Shown here: positions 5,263 through 13,986 of the stretch, in pieces
Layout: the number at the start of each line of letters is the position of its first letter
Numbering within the stretch: the first letter of the stretch is position 1
NCBI GenBank assembly: GCA_963825055.1
Contig: CAWGSK010000005.1
Location: 1-15,764, forward strand
Source of the DNA: an uncultured Gemmatimonadales bacterium
GTDB taxonomy: Bacteria > Gemmatimonadota > Gemmatimonadetes > Gemmatimonadales > GWC2-71-9
Direction: 5' to 3'
DNA: 15,764 nucleotides
Program-made: the position numbers and the translations under genes
Notes under the pieces: generated by a model
The model's database searches: none
What the model was told of the DNA's origin: nothing
The model's input: the letters and a program-made list of their open reading frames with translations, nothing else

Positions 5263-6573
5263 TCAGTTCGCAGTGCAGCACCCTTGTGCGCACCGGATCC
5301 AGAGCTTCTCGTCATTCCATACCCAACGCCAGCGCGCGGTACCCGGGATGGGCTTCCCGGCGGCAGAGTGGTCGACCCGGTCCACGCACCGGTACGCCGG
5401 TTCCGTGTTCAGGCCGGAGGTGATTCGGGCGTACCAGGTTCCCCCCGAGGGCGAGACCGGGCAGGACATGTCGCGTATTCCCTCACAACCTCTGCCATCG
5501 TCCATGCAAATGTCCATCGCAGCCATGCGCCGATTGGTGGATCCGTGGGGAAGGTCACCCTTGGTGAGGTTGTATTTCGAGGCGTAGACGGCCGAGGCCG
5601 CCGACAGCGCGATGGATGCGACGGGTCTCCACGTGTTCTTGAAGTCGTCCAATTCGAGATCTCCCAGGTCCGGCGCCGGCACCACCGTACCCGTGAATGG
5701 CGCCGGCAGGGTCGGCCCCTGGGGGTTGCCCTGTGGCGCCACGGCGAGATGTTGTTCGTCGTACCATCCCTTTACCGACCACACCCGCCGCTGCTCGGGG
5801 CTCCCGCTGTTGCCGATTCCGTAGTTCGGCGAATGCTGGAAGTGCTGCTCCCCGGTGACGGCGCACCAGTCATCCCCGCACGCCACACCTATGTACTGGA
5901 TTCCGGAAGGGCTCTGATCCCACCGCCCGACCGGGGGAACGCTGCCCCTGGGAAGATCAGGGAAATGCTGGGCGTAGACCCAGAGGGGGATCCCGGAAAG
6001 GTTCGACATCTGGGTGTGCTCGCACTGTCCGGCCTCGGCGACGGGTGCCATGACGGCGCCGTAGCCTGAACTGGAGTGGGCCGGGAAGACGACCAGGCAA
6101 TTCCAGCCCCGCTTGATACCCAGCGGCTCGTAGTCTCCGTCCCAGGCATAGATCAGGGCGAAGGTGAGGCCGTCCCCGACCACCTGGGGCGCCGACCGTC
6201 CTGGCACGTAGAGTGAATCGGCGAGGCTCGCGGGCGTGGAGTCCGGGTTCAGGAACGCCAGCGAGTCGGCCATGCGCTCCAGTACATACGACACCCAGAT
6301 GCCCGCAAGGGGACCGTAGGTATTCGCGCTCTGCATCAGGCGCTGGCAGTCGTGGAACTCCGCCACGGAGGTGATCGGGCCCGAGACCGGGAGGACCTTG
6401 GCACCTCCCGGCAGGCCCTCGGCATGGTTGGGGCACTCGAGGCTGTCGACGACGCCCACCTCAGGACCATCCATCTTCTGTTTCCGTGGACAGCCGAGGG
6501 TGACGGTGGCGGCCAGCGCGATCAGAGCCACCACGAGATACGCGTTCGGCCGGTACAGCATTGTGGTACGCAT
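5263..6573 (-). CDS. Cys-rich hypothetical lipoprotein with apparent internal two-domain repeat
   Basis: 436 aa. RBS GGGAGGG upstream, hydrophobic leader ending TLG-C28 (lipobox), 14 Cys in total. Starts 28 nt after the kinase stop on the same strand. Confidence 0.78.
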   Translation of the reverse strand: MRTTMLYRPNAYLVVALIALAATVTLGCPRKQKMDGPEVGVVDSLECPNHAEGLPGGAKVLPVSGPITSVAEFHDCQRLMQSANTYGPLAGIWVSYVLERMADSLAFLNPDSTPASLADSLYVPGRSAPQVVGDGLTFALIYAWDGDYEPLGIKRGWNCLVVFPAHSSSGYGAVMAPVAEAGQCEHTQMSNLSGIPLWVYAQHFPDLPRGSVPPVGRWDQSPSGIQYIGVACGDDWCAVTGEQHFQHSPNYGIGNSGSPEQRRVWSVKGWYDEQHLAVAPQGNPQGPTLPAPFTGTVVPAPDLGDLELDDFKNTWRPVASIALSAASAVYASKYNLTKGDLPHGSTNRRMAAMDICMDDGRGCEGIRDMSCPVSPSGGTWYARITSGLNTEPAYRCVDRVDHSAAGKPIPGTARWRWVWNDEKLWIRCAQGCCTAN

Positions 6574-6601
6574 GGACCCTCCCTGTCAGGTGGAGTCAGC
6601 G

Positions 6602-9600
6602 CTATCTGGGCTCGCCGGGCCGCTGTCCGGCAACCAGGCGGGCCATATCACTTCGAATCGGCTGGAGGAAGGCATCTGCTTCGCGCCACAGGATCGCGAC
6701 CGGTGCCGCCCAGCGCGCGGCCTCCGCCGTGCGCCCGAGACGCCCGGCCACGTCGGCACGCAGCGCCATGGCGCGCACCAGCGTGCCCGCCTTCACCGGC
6801 TCGGTGAAGGTTTCAAGCGGCGCCGTGGCCAGGCCGTCGAGCGTCGGCGCCAGCCACCGCAGGGCCGCCGGGCCGTCACCCACGGCCGCCAGCAGCCAGG
6901 CCTCCGGATACAGGGCATCGATCACGGCATCGGATCCGCGGATCTGCCCGACCTGGTTGAGCACCGCGCGCACGCCCGCCGAGTCCTGGTCCATATAGGC
7001 CAGCTCGGCATTAATGATGTAATAGTCGAACCCGCGAAACTCGCGCATGCGCGCCGACCGGTGGGTCGGGAACGCAATGCCGGCCGGGCGGAGCAGCCAG
7101 GCCTCGCGGAGGTAGCCACGATCCTCCTGGGAGCGCACCTGACCTAGCGCCTCGACCACACGCTCTTCGAGTTGCTCGAGACTGTCCGCCGGACCGCCAA
7201 GGGCAGAGAAGACCAGCAGGGCCGGGGCAGAGGAGCGCATCATCGGCGCCATGACCCATTCATCGCGGCCCGATCCGAGCCGGGCGAGACGCGCGCCTTC
7301 CGCGGCCCGGCCCGTAAGCGCCGCCAGCGCCGCCAGGTTGTCACCCCCGGTCCGGGGGGTCTCGAGCAGGGAATCGATGAGGCTCCCGGCCACGCGCAAG
7401 GCGGCGGTGTCATCGGGGATGCCGAAGCGCACCATCATCCGGGCCTGGGTCATCGCGAACCGGTCCTGCTCGGCCGGTGGAGCCCGGAGGCGCGCCCGGG
7501 CCATCGTATCCAGTGCGGCCCGGTTCCCGAGCAGCTCGAGCGAGATGGCAAGCGCCTCGAGCGCGTCAGGGTCGTCGGGCGTCTGACTGACCCAGGTGAG
7601 GGCAATGCTGTGGAACAGCTCGAGCTGGTGCTGCACCGCCAGGCCAGCACTCCGGCCGGACACCTCCATGCCCTGAATGCGATCGATCGGCCACGGGATC
7701 AGGGCAAGCGTGTCACCCTGCCACGAGGGATAAGCCATGAATCCGACACCTGAGGCGCCGGGAGCCGTGCCAGCCCGGAGGGAACTGGGGCTCGTACGCA
7801 GCAGTTCCCGCACCGGCTCGTACGAGTTGGAGCGCAACGTGGCCATGATCGCGGGAAGCAAATCGAAGGAACGCTGGTACGCCTGAAGAGCCGAGTGGAA
7901 ACTGGAACGAAACCGGTAGCCAGAGGGGCTCTGCGGGTCCGGCAGGACGAGAGAGTCGGCGCGCTGGCACACCGCCGAGCCATACCAGGCAACGAAATCG
8001 GTGGGTCTGCGGTCGGTCAGGGCCTGCCAGCGGGGACAGGCCTGTCCGAGGGCTCCACGGGACTGGGCCAGAACGGCAGTCACGATTGCGGTGTCAGAGG
8101 GCGGCAGGTTGGCCCGGTTCGCCGCCGCCTGCTCGGCGGCGATCCGCCAGGTCGCGGGATCGGTGCCGTTCCATGCCCGGACCAGCGCCAGCCAGAGCCA
8201 GGCCTGGGCATAGCCGGGGTCGGTCCGGGTCGCCTCGGCAAAGGCGGTATCCGCTCCGTCCAGGTTCCAGATCCGGACCGCTTCCTGGCCGCGCGCATAC
8301 GCCTGGAGCGCCGGGAAGGATTTCGTCCCGACAAATCCGCTCGCCCCCGCCTGCTCGGGCCTGGTCAGCAGGAGGCGGTCCGCCAGCCCACGGAAGAGGG
8401 TATCCGCGCCGTCCAGCGACGGCGGAAGGTTGATCGTGCCGTCCCGCAACTGCGCCCCGCTCCGGGTGTCGTACAGGGCCGCGTGAACCCGCAGGGAATC
8501 CCCCACCGGCGAGACGTCTCCACGCACGTAGCGGCCTGCGCCCAGGCGGGACGCGATCCGCACCGCGTCCTGCGGACTCAGGTCGCCGTGTCCACTGTGC
8601 TCGACCGCGTCCCGTACCTGGAAGCTGCCGGGTACAGAGATGCCTTCCCAGCGCGAAATCGCATCCTGCAGCATGAGTTCGAGATTGGGGGCGCGATCAG
8701 ACTCGGTGTGGTACGAGAAGGGCAGTACTGCGAACCGCATCGTGTCGACCATGAGCCCCTCGCCGTTTCGGGCGGGCCACGCGACGGCGGCAATCGCGAC
8801 AATCACGGCCAGAAGCACCGCGGCCGCACCCCACAGCACCCACCTCGGCCCGGTCACCATCCGCGCCACCGCCGGCGGCAGCTTGATGACCGTTGCCATG
8901 CCGGACGGCCGGCCCAGCGCGCTGGCGAACGACTCGATCGACGGGAACCGGTCATCCACCCGCGGCGACAGCGCCCGCTGAATGGCGGTCCCGAAGGACG
9001 GAGGGGCATCCCGATGCTGGGCCCGGATCATCTCGGCCACGCGCCCAGGCCCGTCGCTTGCCGGCGTGCGCCCGGTCAACATCTCGTACAGCACGCAGGC
9101 CAGGGAATACTGGTCCGCCCGTCCGTCCACCTCGCTCGACCCGGTGATCTGTTCCGGCGCCATATAGGCCGGTGTGCCAAGAATGAGCCCGGTTTCCGTG
9201 ATCCGGTCGTGGGTGACGGCTGCCTGCACCGCCCGCGCAATCCCGAAGTCCGTAATGAAGACATGGCCGCTGGCCAGCAGGATGTTTCCGGGCTTGATGT
9301 CGCGGTGAATGACCCCGACCTCGTGCGCATGCGCGAGGCCTTCCGCCACCTGCCGCGCTAGCGTGATCGCCTCGGCCACCGACGGCGGTGGTTCGCGGCG
9401 CATCCGGTCGCTCAGCGTGCCATGCTCGACCCACGGCATGACGTAGTAGATATGTCCCCCCGCCTCGCCGGAGTCGTGCAGCGGGAGGATGTTGTGATGG
9501 TTCAGCCGGGCCGCGAAGGCGATCTCGCGGAGAAATCGCTCCCGGCCGAGGAGGATGGCCAGGTCGTGCCGGAGAACCTTGATGGCGACCGGTCTGTCAT

Positions 9601-9736
9601 GCTTCAGGTCACGCGCGAGCCAGACCGTAGCCATCCCTCCGCGGCCAATTTCCCGCTCCAGGCGGTACTGGCCGGCCAGTTCGGCGCGGAAGGCGTCGAG
9701 GTCGTCATGCGGAGCAGTGTGGCCCGGTCCGGGCAT
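6602..9736 (-). CDS. Hanks-type Ser/Thr protein kinase with TM helix, TolB-N/FlgO-like alpha/beta domain and TPR-like repeats
   Basis: 1044 aa with GRGGMATV, VAIK, HRDIKPGN, DFG and GTPAYMAPE. TM segment WVLWGAAAVLLAVIVAIAAVAW, then RFAVLPF...LGAGRYVRGDV...LRVHAALYDT, then Ala-rich helical repeats. Confidence 0.93.
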   Translation of the reverse strand: MPGPGHTAPHDDLDAFRAELAGQYRLEREIGRGGMATVWLARDLKHDRPVAIKVLRHDLAILLGRERFLREIAFAARLNHHNILPLHDSGEAGGHIYYVMPWVEHGTLSDRMRREPPPSVAEAITLARQVAEGLAHAHEVGVIHRDIKPGNILLASGHVFITDFGIARAVQAAVTHDRITETGLILGTPAYMAPEQITGSSEVDGRADQYSLACVLYEMLTGRTPASDGPGRVAEMIRAQHRDAPPSFGTAIQRALSPRVDDRFPSIESFASALGRPSGMATVIKLPPAVARMVTGPRWVLWGAAAVLLAVIVAIAAVAWPARNGEGLMVDTMRFAVLPFSYHTESDRAPNLELMLQDAISRWEGISVPGSFQVRDAVEHSGHGDLSPQDAVRIASRLGAGRYVRGDVSPVGDSLRVHAALYDTRSGAQLRDGTINLPPSLDGADTLFRGLADRLLLTRPEQAGASGFVGTKSFPALQAYARGQEAVRIWNLDGADTAFAEATRTDPGYAQAWLWLALVRAWNGTDPATWRIAAEQAAANRANLPPSDTAIVTAVLAQSRGALGQACPRWQALTDRRPTDFVAWYGSAVCQRADSLVLPDPQSPSGYRFRSSFHSALQAYQRSFDLLPAIMATLRSNSYEPVRELLRTSPSSLRAGTAPGASGVGFMAYPSWQGDTLALIPWPIDRIQGMEVSGRSAGLAVQHQLELFHSIALTWVSQTPDDPDALEALAISLELLGNRAALDTMARARLRAPPAEQDRFAMTQARMMVRFGIPDDTAALRVAGSLIDSLLETPRTGGDNLAALAALTGRAAEGARLARLGSGRDEWVMAPMMRSSAPALLVFSALGGPADSLEQLEERVVEALGQVRSQEDRGYLREAWLLRPAGIAFPTHRSARMREFRGFDYYIINAELAYMDQDSAGVRAVLNQVGQIRGSDAVIDALYPEAWLLAAVGDGPAALRWLAPTLDGLATAPLETFTEPVKAGTLVRAMALRADVAGRLGRTAEAARWAAPVAILWREADAFLQPIRSDMARLVAGQRPGEPR

Positions 9737-9852
9737 GGTGTATCATGGGGAAGCGGGCCGGGTGCCGCAAGCGGCTGCACCCCGCGGGACGGAAACTCCG
9801 CCCGGTGCGCCACTTAGCCTCCTCCCTTACATTAGAGCCGCAGACCGTCACC

Positions 9853-12354
9853 ATGGACATTCTCACCCAACTCCAGAGCGCCCTGGCGGGGCGTTACGCT
9901 GTCGAGCGCGAGCTTGGGCAGGGAGGAATGGCCACGGTCTATCTCGCCACCGACGAGCGGCACGGGCGCCAGGTGGCGATCAAGGTCCTGAAGCCGGAAC
10001 TGGCCTCCGCGCTCGGGCCCGACCGGTTCCTCCGCGAGATCCGGCTCGCCGCAGGGCTCCAGCATCCCCACATCCTCGCGGTGTACGACTCGGGCGACGC
10101 GGACGGCCTGCTCTACTACGTCATGCCGTTCGTGGAAGGCGAGTCGCTCCGTGACCGGCTCGACCGCGAGCAGCAACTCCCGATCCACGACGCGGTCATC
10201 CTCGCGCGCGAGGTGGCCGACGCGCTCGCCTTTGCGCACAGCCACGGCGTGGTCCACCGGGACATCAAGCCCGAGAACATCCTGATCTCCGGCGGGCACG
10301 CCGTGGTGGCCGACTTCGGTATCGCCCGCGCCGTGAGCGCGGCCGGCGAGGAAAAGCTGACCCAGACGGGGATGAGCATCGGGACGCCCACGTACATGAG
10401 TCCCGAGCAGGCGATGGGCGACGAATCCGTGGACGGCCGGAGCGACATCTACAGCCTGGGCTGCGTCATCTACGAGATGCTCTGCGGCCAGCCGCCGTTC
10501 CTGGGCCCCAACCCGATGGCGATCCTGGCCAGGCACTCGATGGAAGCCGTGCCGAGCCTCAGCATCGTCCGGAACACCATCCCTCCCGAACTGGAAGACA
10601 TCGTTTACCGGGCGCTCGCCAAGGTGCCGGCCGACCGGTACCAGACCGCCAAGCAGCTCGCAACGGCCCTTTCGGTACCGCTGGAAGCCACGACCGGCGC
10701 CCACCCGCGCGCGACGACCGGCATGCGGGCGCGGCGGCGCCCGTCCCGCTTCCGGCGGGCCTGGCTGGGCCTGCTGCTGATCCCGGCGGCGGCCGCCGCC
10801 TGGTACGTGATGCATGCGCTCGGCGGTGGGGGAGGCAACGCCCCGTCCGGGCGCGACCCGAACAACATCGCGGTGCTTTACTTCGAGGACAAAACCGGCG
10901 GTGACCTGCAGCACGTGGCCGAGGGTTTCACCGAAGCGCTCATCCACGAGTTGAGCGACGTGCCGGCGCTGCACGTCATCTCCGCCAACGGGGTCCGCCC
11001 CTACCAGGGCACCAGGGTCAGCCCGGACAGCATCGCCCGCGCCCTCGACGTGGGTACGCTGGTGTCCGGGACGGTGAACGGCACGGACTCGACGATCACG
11101 CTCGACGTCTCCCTCATCAACGCCGGCACGGGAAAGGAGATTTCCCATACCAGGCTGGAACAGCCGCGCCGCGACATCGCGGCCCTGCAGGACAGCCTTT
11201 CCGGGCAGCTCTCCGTCTTCCTGCGCAAGCGCCTCGGCCCCGAGGTCGACCTGCGGGAACGCCGGACCCGGACCCGGAGCGCCGAAGCCTGGGAGACGCT
11301 GCAGCGGGCCGACGCCGAGTCGCGGGACGCCGATACGCTCCTGGCCTCGGGCGATGCAGCGGCTGCGGCGGCCGCCTTCGACCGCGCGGATTCGATGATG
11401 GCCGCGGCGGGTGAACGCGACTCCCGGTGGTCCGCCCCGGCGGTGCACCGGGCCTGGCTCGCCTATCGACGCTCGCGCATTGCGCTGGGCCGGAACCCGG
11501 ACATGGTCGATACCTGGATCGGCCGCGGCACCGAATACGCGAATCATGCGCTCGCGATCGACCGGGACGATCCCGATGCGCTGGAGGCGCGCGGGACGCT
11601 CCGGTACTGGCGCTGGCTCCTCAACCTGGAGCCCGACACGCGGGCCGCGCGCCAGCTGCATCTGGATGCCGAGGCGGACCTGCGCGCCGCCATCACGGCG
11701 AACCCGAACCAGGCCCAGGCCCTGAGCACCCTCAGCCACCTGCTCCTCGGGCAGTCGAAGAACGCCGAGGGCAAAGTGATGGCCCAGCGGGCCTACGAGG
11801 CGGACCCGTACCTGAGCAATGCCGACCAGGTGCTCTGGCGGCTCTTCCAGGCCTCGTTCGACCTGAACGACGCCGGCCAGGCCCGCCACTGGTGCGAGGT
11901 GGGGGGGCAGCGGTTCCCCGAGAACCCCAGGTTTACCGGCTGCAGAATCCAGGTACTGGCCCTGAAGGCCAGCCCGGCCGACATCCCGGGTGCGCGACAG
12001 ATGCTCGATCGGTATGTAGCCCTGACGCCGCCGTCCCAGCAGGAGATGGCCCGGCACCTGGGCGGAATGTTCCTGGCCATGGGGTTCGCCCGTGCCGGCA
12101 TGGCGGACAGCGCTCGCGCCGCCGCCCTGCGCTCCAGGGCCACAGCTGAGGTCGATCCCACCCGCGATCTCGCCCTCTACGAGTCCATCGTACGGGCGAT
12201 GATCGGCGACCGGGACGAAGCCTTCCGGCAACTCAGCATCTACATCGCCTCCAATCCCCGCGTCAGGGAGCTGCTGGCGGATGACCAGTCATGGTACTTC
12301 GACAGCCTCCGGAAGGATCCGCGCTACCAGACCCTGGTGGGCACCAGGGGGTAA
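9853..12354 (+). CDS. Hanks-type Ser/Thr protein kinase with TM helix, TolB-N-like domain and TPR-like repeats
   Basis: Start moved to ATG 9853 (MDILTQLQSALAGRYAVERELGQGGMATVYLA). Motifs VAIK, HRDIKPEN, DFG, GTPTYMSPE and DIYSLG. A basic patch precedes the TM AWLGLLLIPAAAAAWYV, followed by an IAVLYF domain and a C-terminal ...FDSLRKDPRYQTLV typical of these kinase-TPR proteins. Confidence 0.94.
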   Translation: MDILTQLQSALAGRYAVERELGQGGMATVYLATDERHGRQVAIKVLKPELASALGPDRFLREIRLAAGLQHPHILAVYDSGDADGLLYYVMPFVEGESLRDRLDREQQLPIHDAVILAREVADALAFAHSHGVVHRDIKPENILISGGHAVVADFGIARAVSAAGEEKLTQTGMSIGTPTYMSPEQAMGDESVDGRSDIYSLGCVIYEMLCGQPPFLGPNPMAILARHSMEAVPSLSIVRNTIPPELEDIVYRALAKVPADRYQTAKQLATALSVPLEATTGAHPRATTGMRARRRPSRFRRAWLGLLLIPAAAAAWYVMHALGGGGGNAPSGRDPNNIAVLYFEDKTGGDLQHVAEGFTEALIHELSDVPALHVISANGVRPYQGTRVSPDSIARALDVGTLVSGTVNGTDSTITLDVSLINAGTGKEISHTRLEQPRRDIAALQDSLSGQLSVFLRKRLGPEVDLRERRTRTRSAEAWETLQRADAESRDADTLLASGDAAAAAAAFDRADSMMAAAGERDSRWSAPAVHRAWLAYRRSRIALGRNPDMVDTWIGRGTEYANHALAIDRDDPDALEARGTLRYWRWLLNLEPDTRAARQLHLDAEADLRAAITANPNQAQALSTLSHLLLGQSKNAEGKVMAQRAYEADPYLSNADQVLWRLFQASFDLNDAGQARHWCEVGGQRFPENPRFTGCRIQVLALKASPADIPGARQMLDRYVALTPPSQQEMARHLGGMFLAMGFARAGMADSARAAALRSRATAEVDPTRDLALYESIVRAMIGDRDEAFRQLSIYIASNPRVRELLADDQSWYFDSLRKDPRYQTLVGTRG

Positions 12355-12565
12355 ACCCGGCCCCGGTTGTGCACCCGATGCCACGACTGGGGCGCCGGGA
12401 CCATATACAGTCGGGGCGGAACTTCTTTTCCTGAACCTCCAAGTCGTTATTTCACAACACGATGGATCGCCCGGTGCGTGTCGGTGTTTCGAGGCATGCA
12501 TTTTCCAGCATTTTCACCTGATCCTTCATCCGTTGTCCCCCTGCATCAGGTAATAAGGAGTTCCC

Positions 12566-13780
12566 ATGAAGTTTCGTTACGCCCTCCCGGTGGCGCTATT
12601 GCTGGCCGTGGTTTCCTGTCAGGATGGTCCCGACCAGTCCCTTGGCGCGCCGAACCCCGAGTTTGTCGGCGGAGTCGCCTGCAGCATCAACGGTGCCAAG
12701 TCCGCCGCCAAGACCTACTTCACGGGGGCTGACCAGGCTCGTGCCCTCGGCCTGATCGAGCAATTGCAGCAGCAGATGAACGGGAGTCCCGCGGTCGCCC
12801 GTGACCTGGGCTTCGACGTTCTTGCGCTGATTGCCGAGGCCAACAATGCGGGCCGGGCCGCCGGGAAGCCGAAGGACGGCTCGACCCTGGCCAACGCCGT
12901 CGTGGCTTGCACGGACCTCAACGAGGGATATCCGGATCCGCTGGGCGACGCGCTCCGCAACGGGGCCTTCGAGGTCCGGGGTGGCCCGAATGACCCGACG
13001 TCGAACATCGTGTCGAAGGACGGCTTCTCCGGCCTGGGCCTGAACGGCGACGCGACCTGGCTCGGTATCTTCGGACGCCGGACGCTTATCTGGGGGACTC
13101 CGGCGCCGCGGCTCACCTTCCAGGAGGTCCTGGTGGACATACCGTTCATCTGGTCCACCCTTCCGGCCAGTCCGCAGGTGCCGAAAGGCCTGATCGTCGG
13201 CTTCTGCGTGCCGAATCCCGGCAATCTCCGGGTGGCGGAACAGTCCGCGAACGCGCCGGAGGTGATCCTGAACCTGGCGGATCCGAGCTTCTTCCTGCCG
13301 TGTCCGAACTTGATTGCCGGCCGTGAGCCCGCGACCATGTTCGGCCGGGTCCTGGCCTGGGCGGGTCAGGCGCTCCTTCCCGCGCCGCTCCACGCGGCCG
13401 CCCGGCTCGGCCCGGTGGGTGGATCCACGACCGGGTTCAGCGGATTCGGAGCCGTGGATGCCCAGGCGATCAACCTGTCCTTCACGCAGCAGCCGACCGC
13501 GAGCACCGTCCGGCAGCCGTTCGTGCCGCCGGTGCAGCTGATTGCCGTTGGCAACGGTGGAACGCCCCTGCCGCAGGTGACCGTCAAGATGAGCCTGGTG
13601 ACACTCCAGGGGAACGGGATCCTCGATGGCCAGAACAGCGTCGTGACGGTGCAGGACGGACTGGCCACGTTCGACCGGCTCTTCCTGACCGCTCCCGGTA
13701 CCTACCAGCTGGTGGCGACGGCGTCGTTGTCGGGCTTCCCGTCGGTGCAGGTGACGTCGAGTACGTTTACGGTGCAGTAG
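12566..13780 (+). CDS. Hypothetical lipoprotein with C-terminal Ig-like domain
   Basis: 404 aa. Strong RBS TAAGGAG (12554-12560) and lipobox VVS-C18. The C-terminal LSFTQQP...VTV...DGLATFDRL...PGTYQLVATA...SSTFTVQ resembles bacterial Ig-like domains. Confidence 0.82.
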   Translation: MKFRYALPVALLLAVVSCQDGPDQSLGAPNPEFVGGVACSINGAKSAAKTYFTGADQARALGLIEQLQQQMNGSPAVARDLGFDVLALIAEANNAGRAAGKPKDGSTLANAVVACTDLNEGYPDPLGDALRNGAFEVRGGPNDPTSNIVSKDGFSGLGLNGDATWLGIFGRRTLIWGTPAPRLTFQEVLVDIPFIWSTLPASPQVPKGLIVGFCVPNPGNLRVAEQSANAPEVILNLADPSFFLPCPNLIAGREPATMFGRVLAWAGQALLPAPLHAAARLGPVGGSTTGFSGFGAVDAQAINLSFTQQPTASTVRQPFVPPVQLIAVGNGGTPLPQVTVKMSLVTLQGNGILDGQNSVVTVQDGLATFDRLFLTAPGTYQLVATASLSGFPSVQVTSSTFTVQ

Positions 13781-13814
13781 GAACTGCCGGCAATCGGCAG
13801 TCGGCAGTGAGAGG

Positions 13815-13844
13815 ACGGCCCCCATGTGGGGGCCGTTTTCGTTT
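13815..13844 (+). terminator. Intrinsic terminator
   Basis: ACGGCCCCC-ATGT-GGGGGCCGT followed by TTTCGTTT, 34 nt after the lipoprotein stop. Confidence 0.85.
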
Positions 13845-13899
13845 GTGATCAGGCGAGGGCGGAGCGGGAGGGCGGTGGAACAGCTGCAGAGGGCACTGG

Positions 13900-13986
13900 C
13901 TGGTGACTGGTGATAGTGATTAATGATCAGTGATTCAAGGCAGAATCCTGCACTGAAGCACTACTCACTACTCACTACTCACTATT
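13900..13986. repeat. Heptamer tandem repeats in inverted arrangement
   Basis: (CACTACT)x3 plus CACTATT at 13959-13986, overlapping the AKR stop codon. Degenerate roughly complementary units CTGGTGA CTGGTGA TAGTGA TTAATGA TCAGTGA lie at 13900-13933. Confidence 0.7.

Noticed and set aside
9745..9852. 36-aa N-terminal extension of kinase 2
   Set aside because: It would fill the divergent promoter gap, and ATG 9853 gives the typical family N-terminus.
6602..12354. Kinases as part of the CBASS/defence island
   Set aside because: They lie on the other side of the tRNA, have host-like high GC, and show a receptor-kinase architecture. Nothing in the sequence links them to CBASS.
7895..13825. Long antisense ORFs (7895-9361 +, 9832-12231 -, 12596-13825 -)
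   Set aside because: Typical stop-poor shadows of high-GC genes, with no domains and fully overlapping well-supported CDSs.
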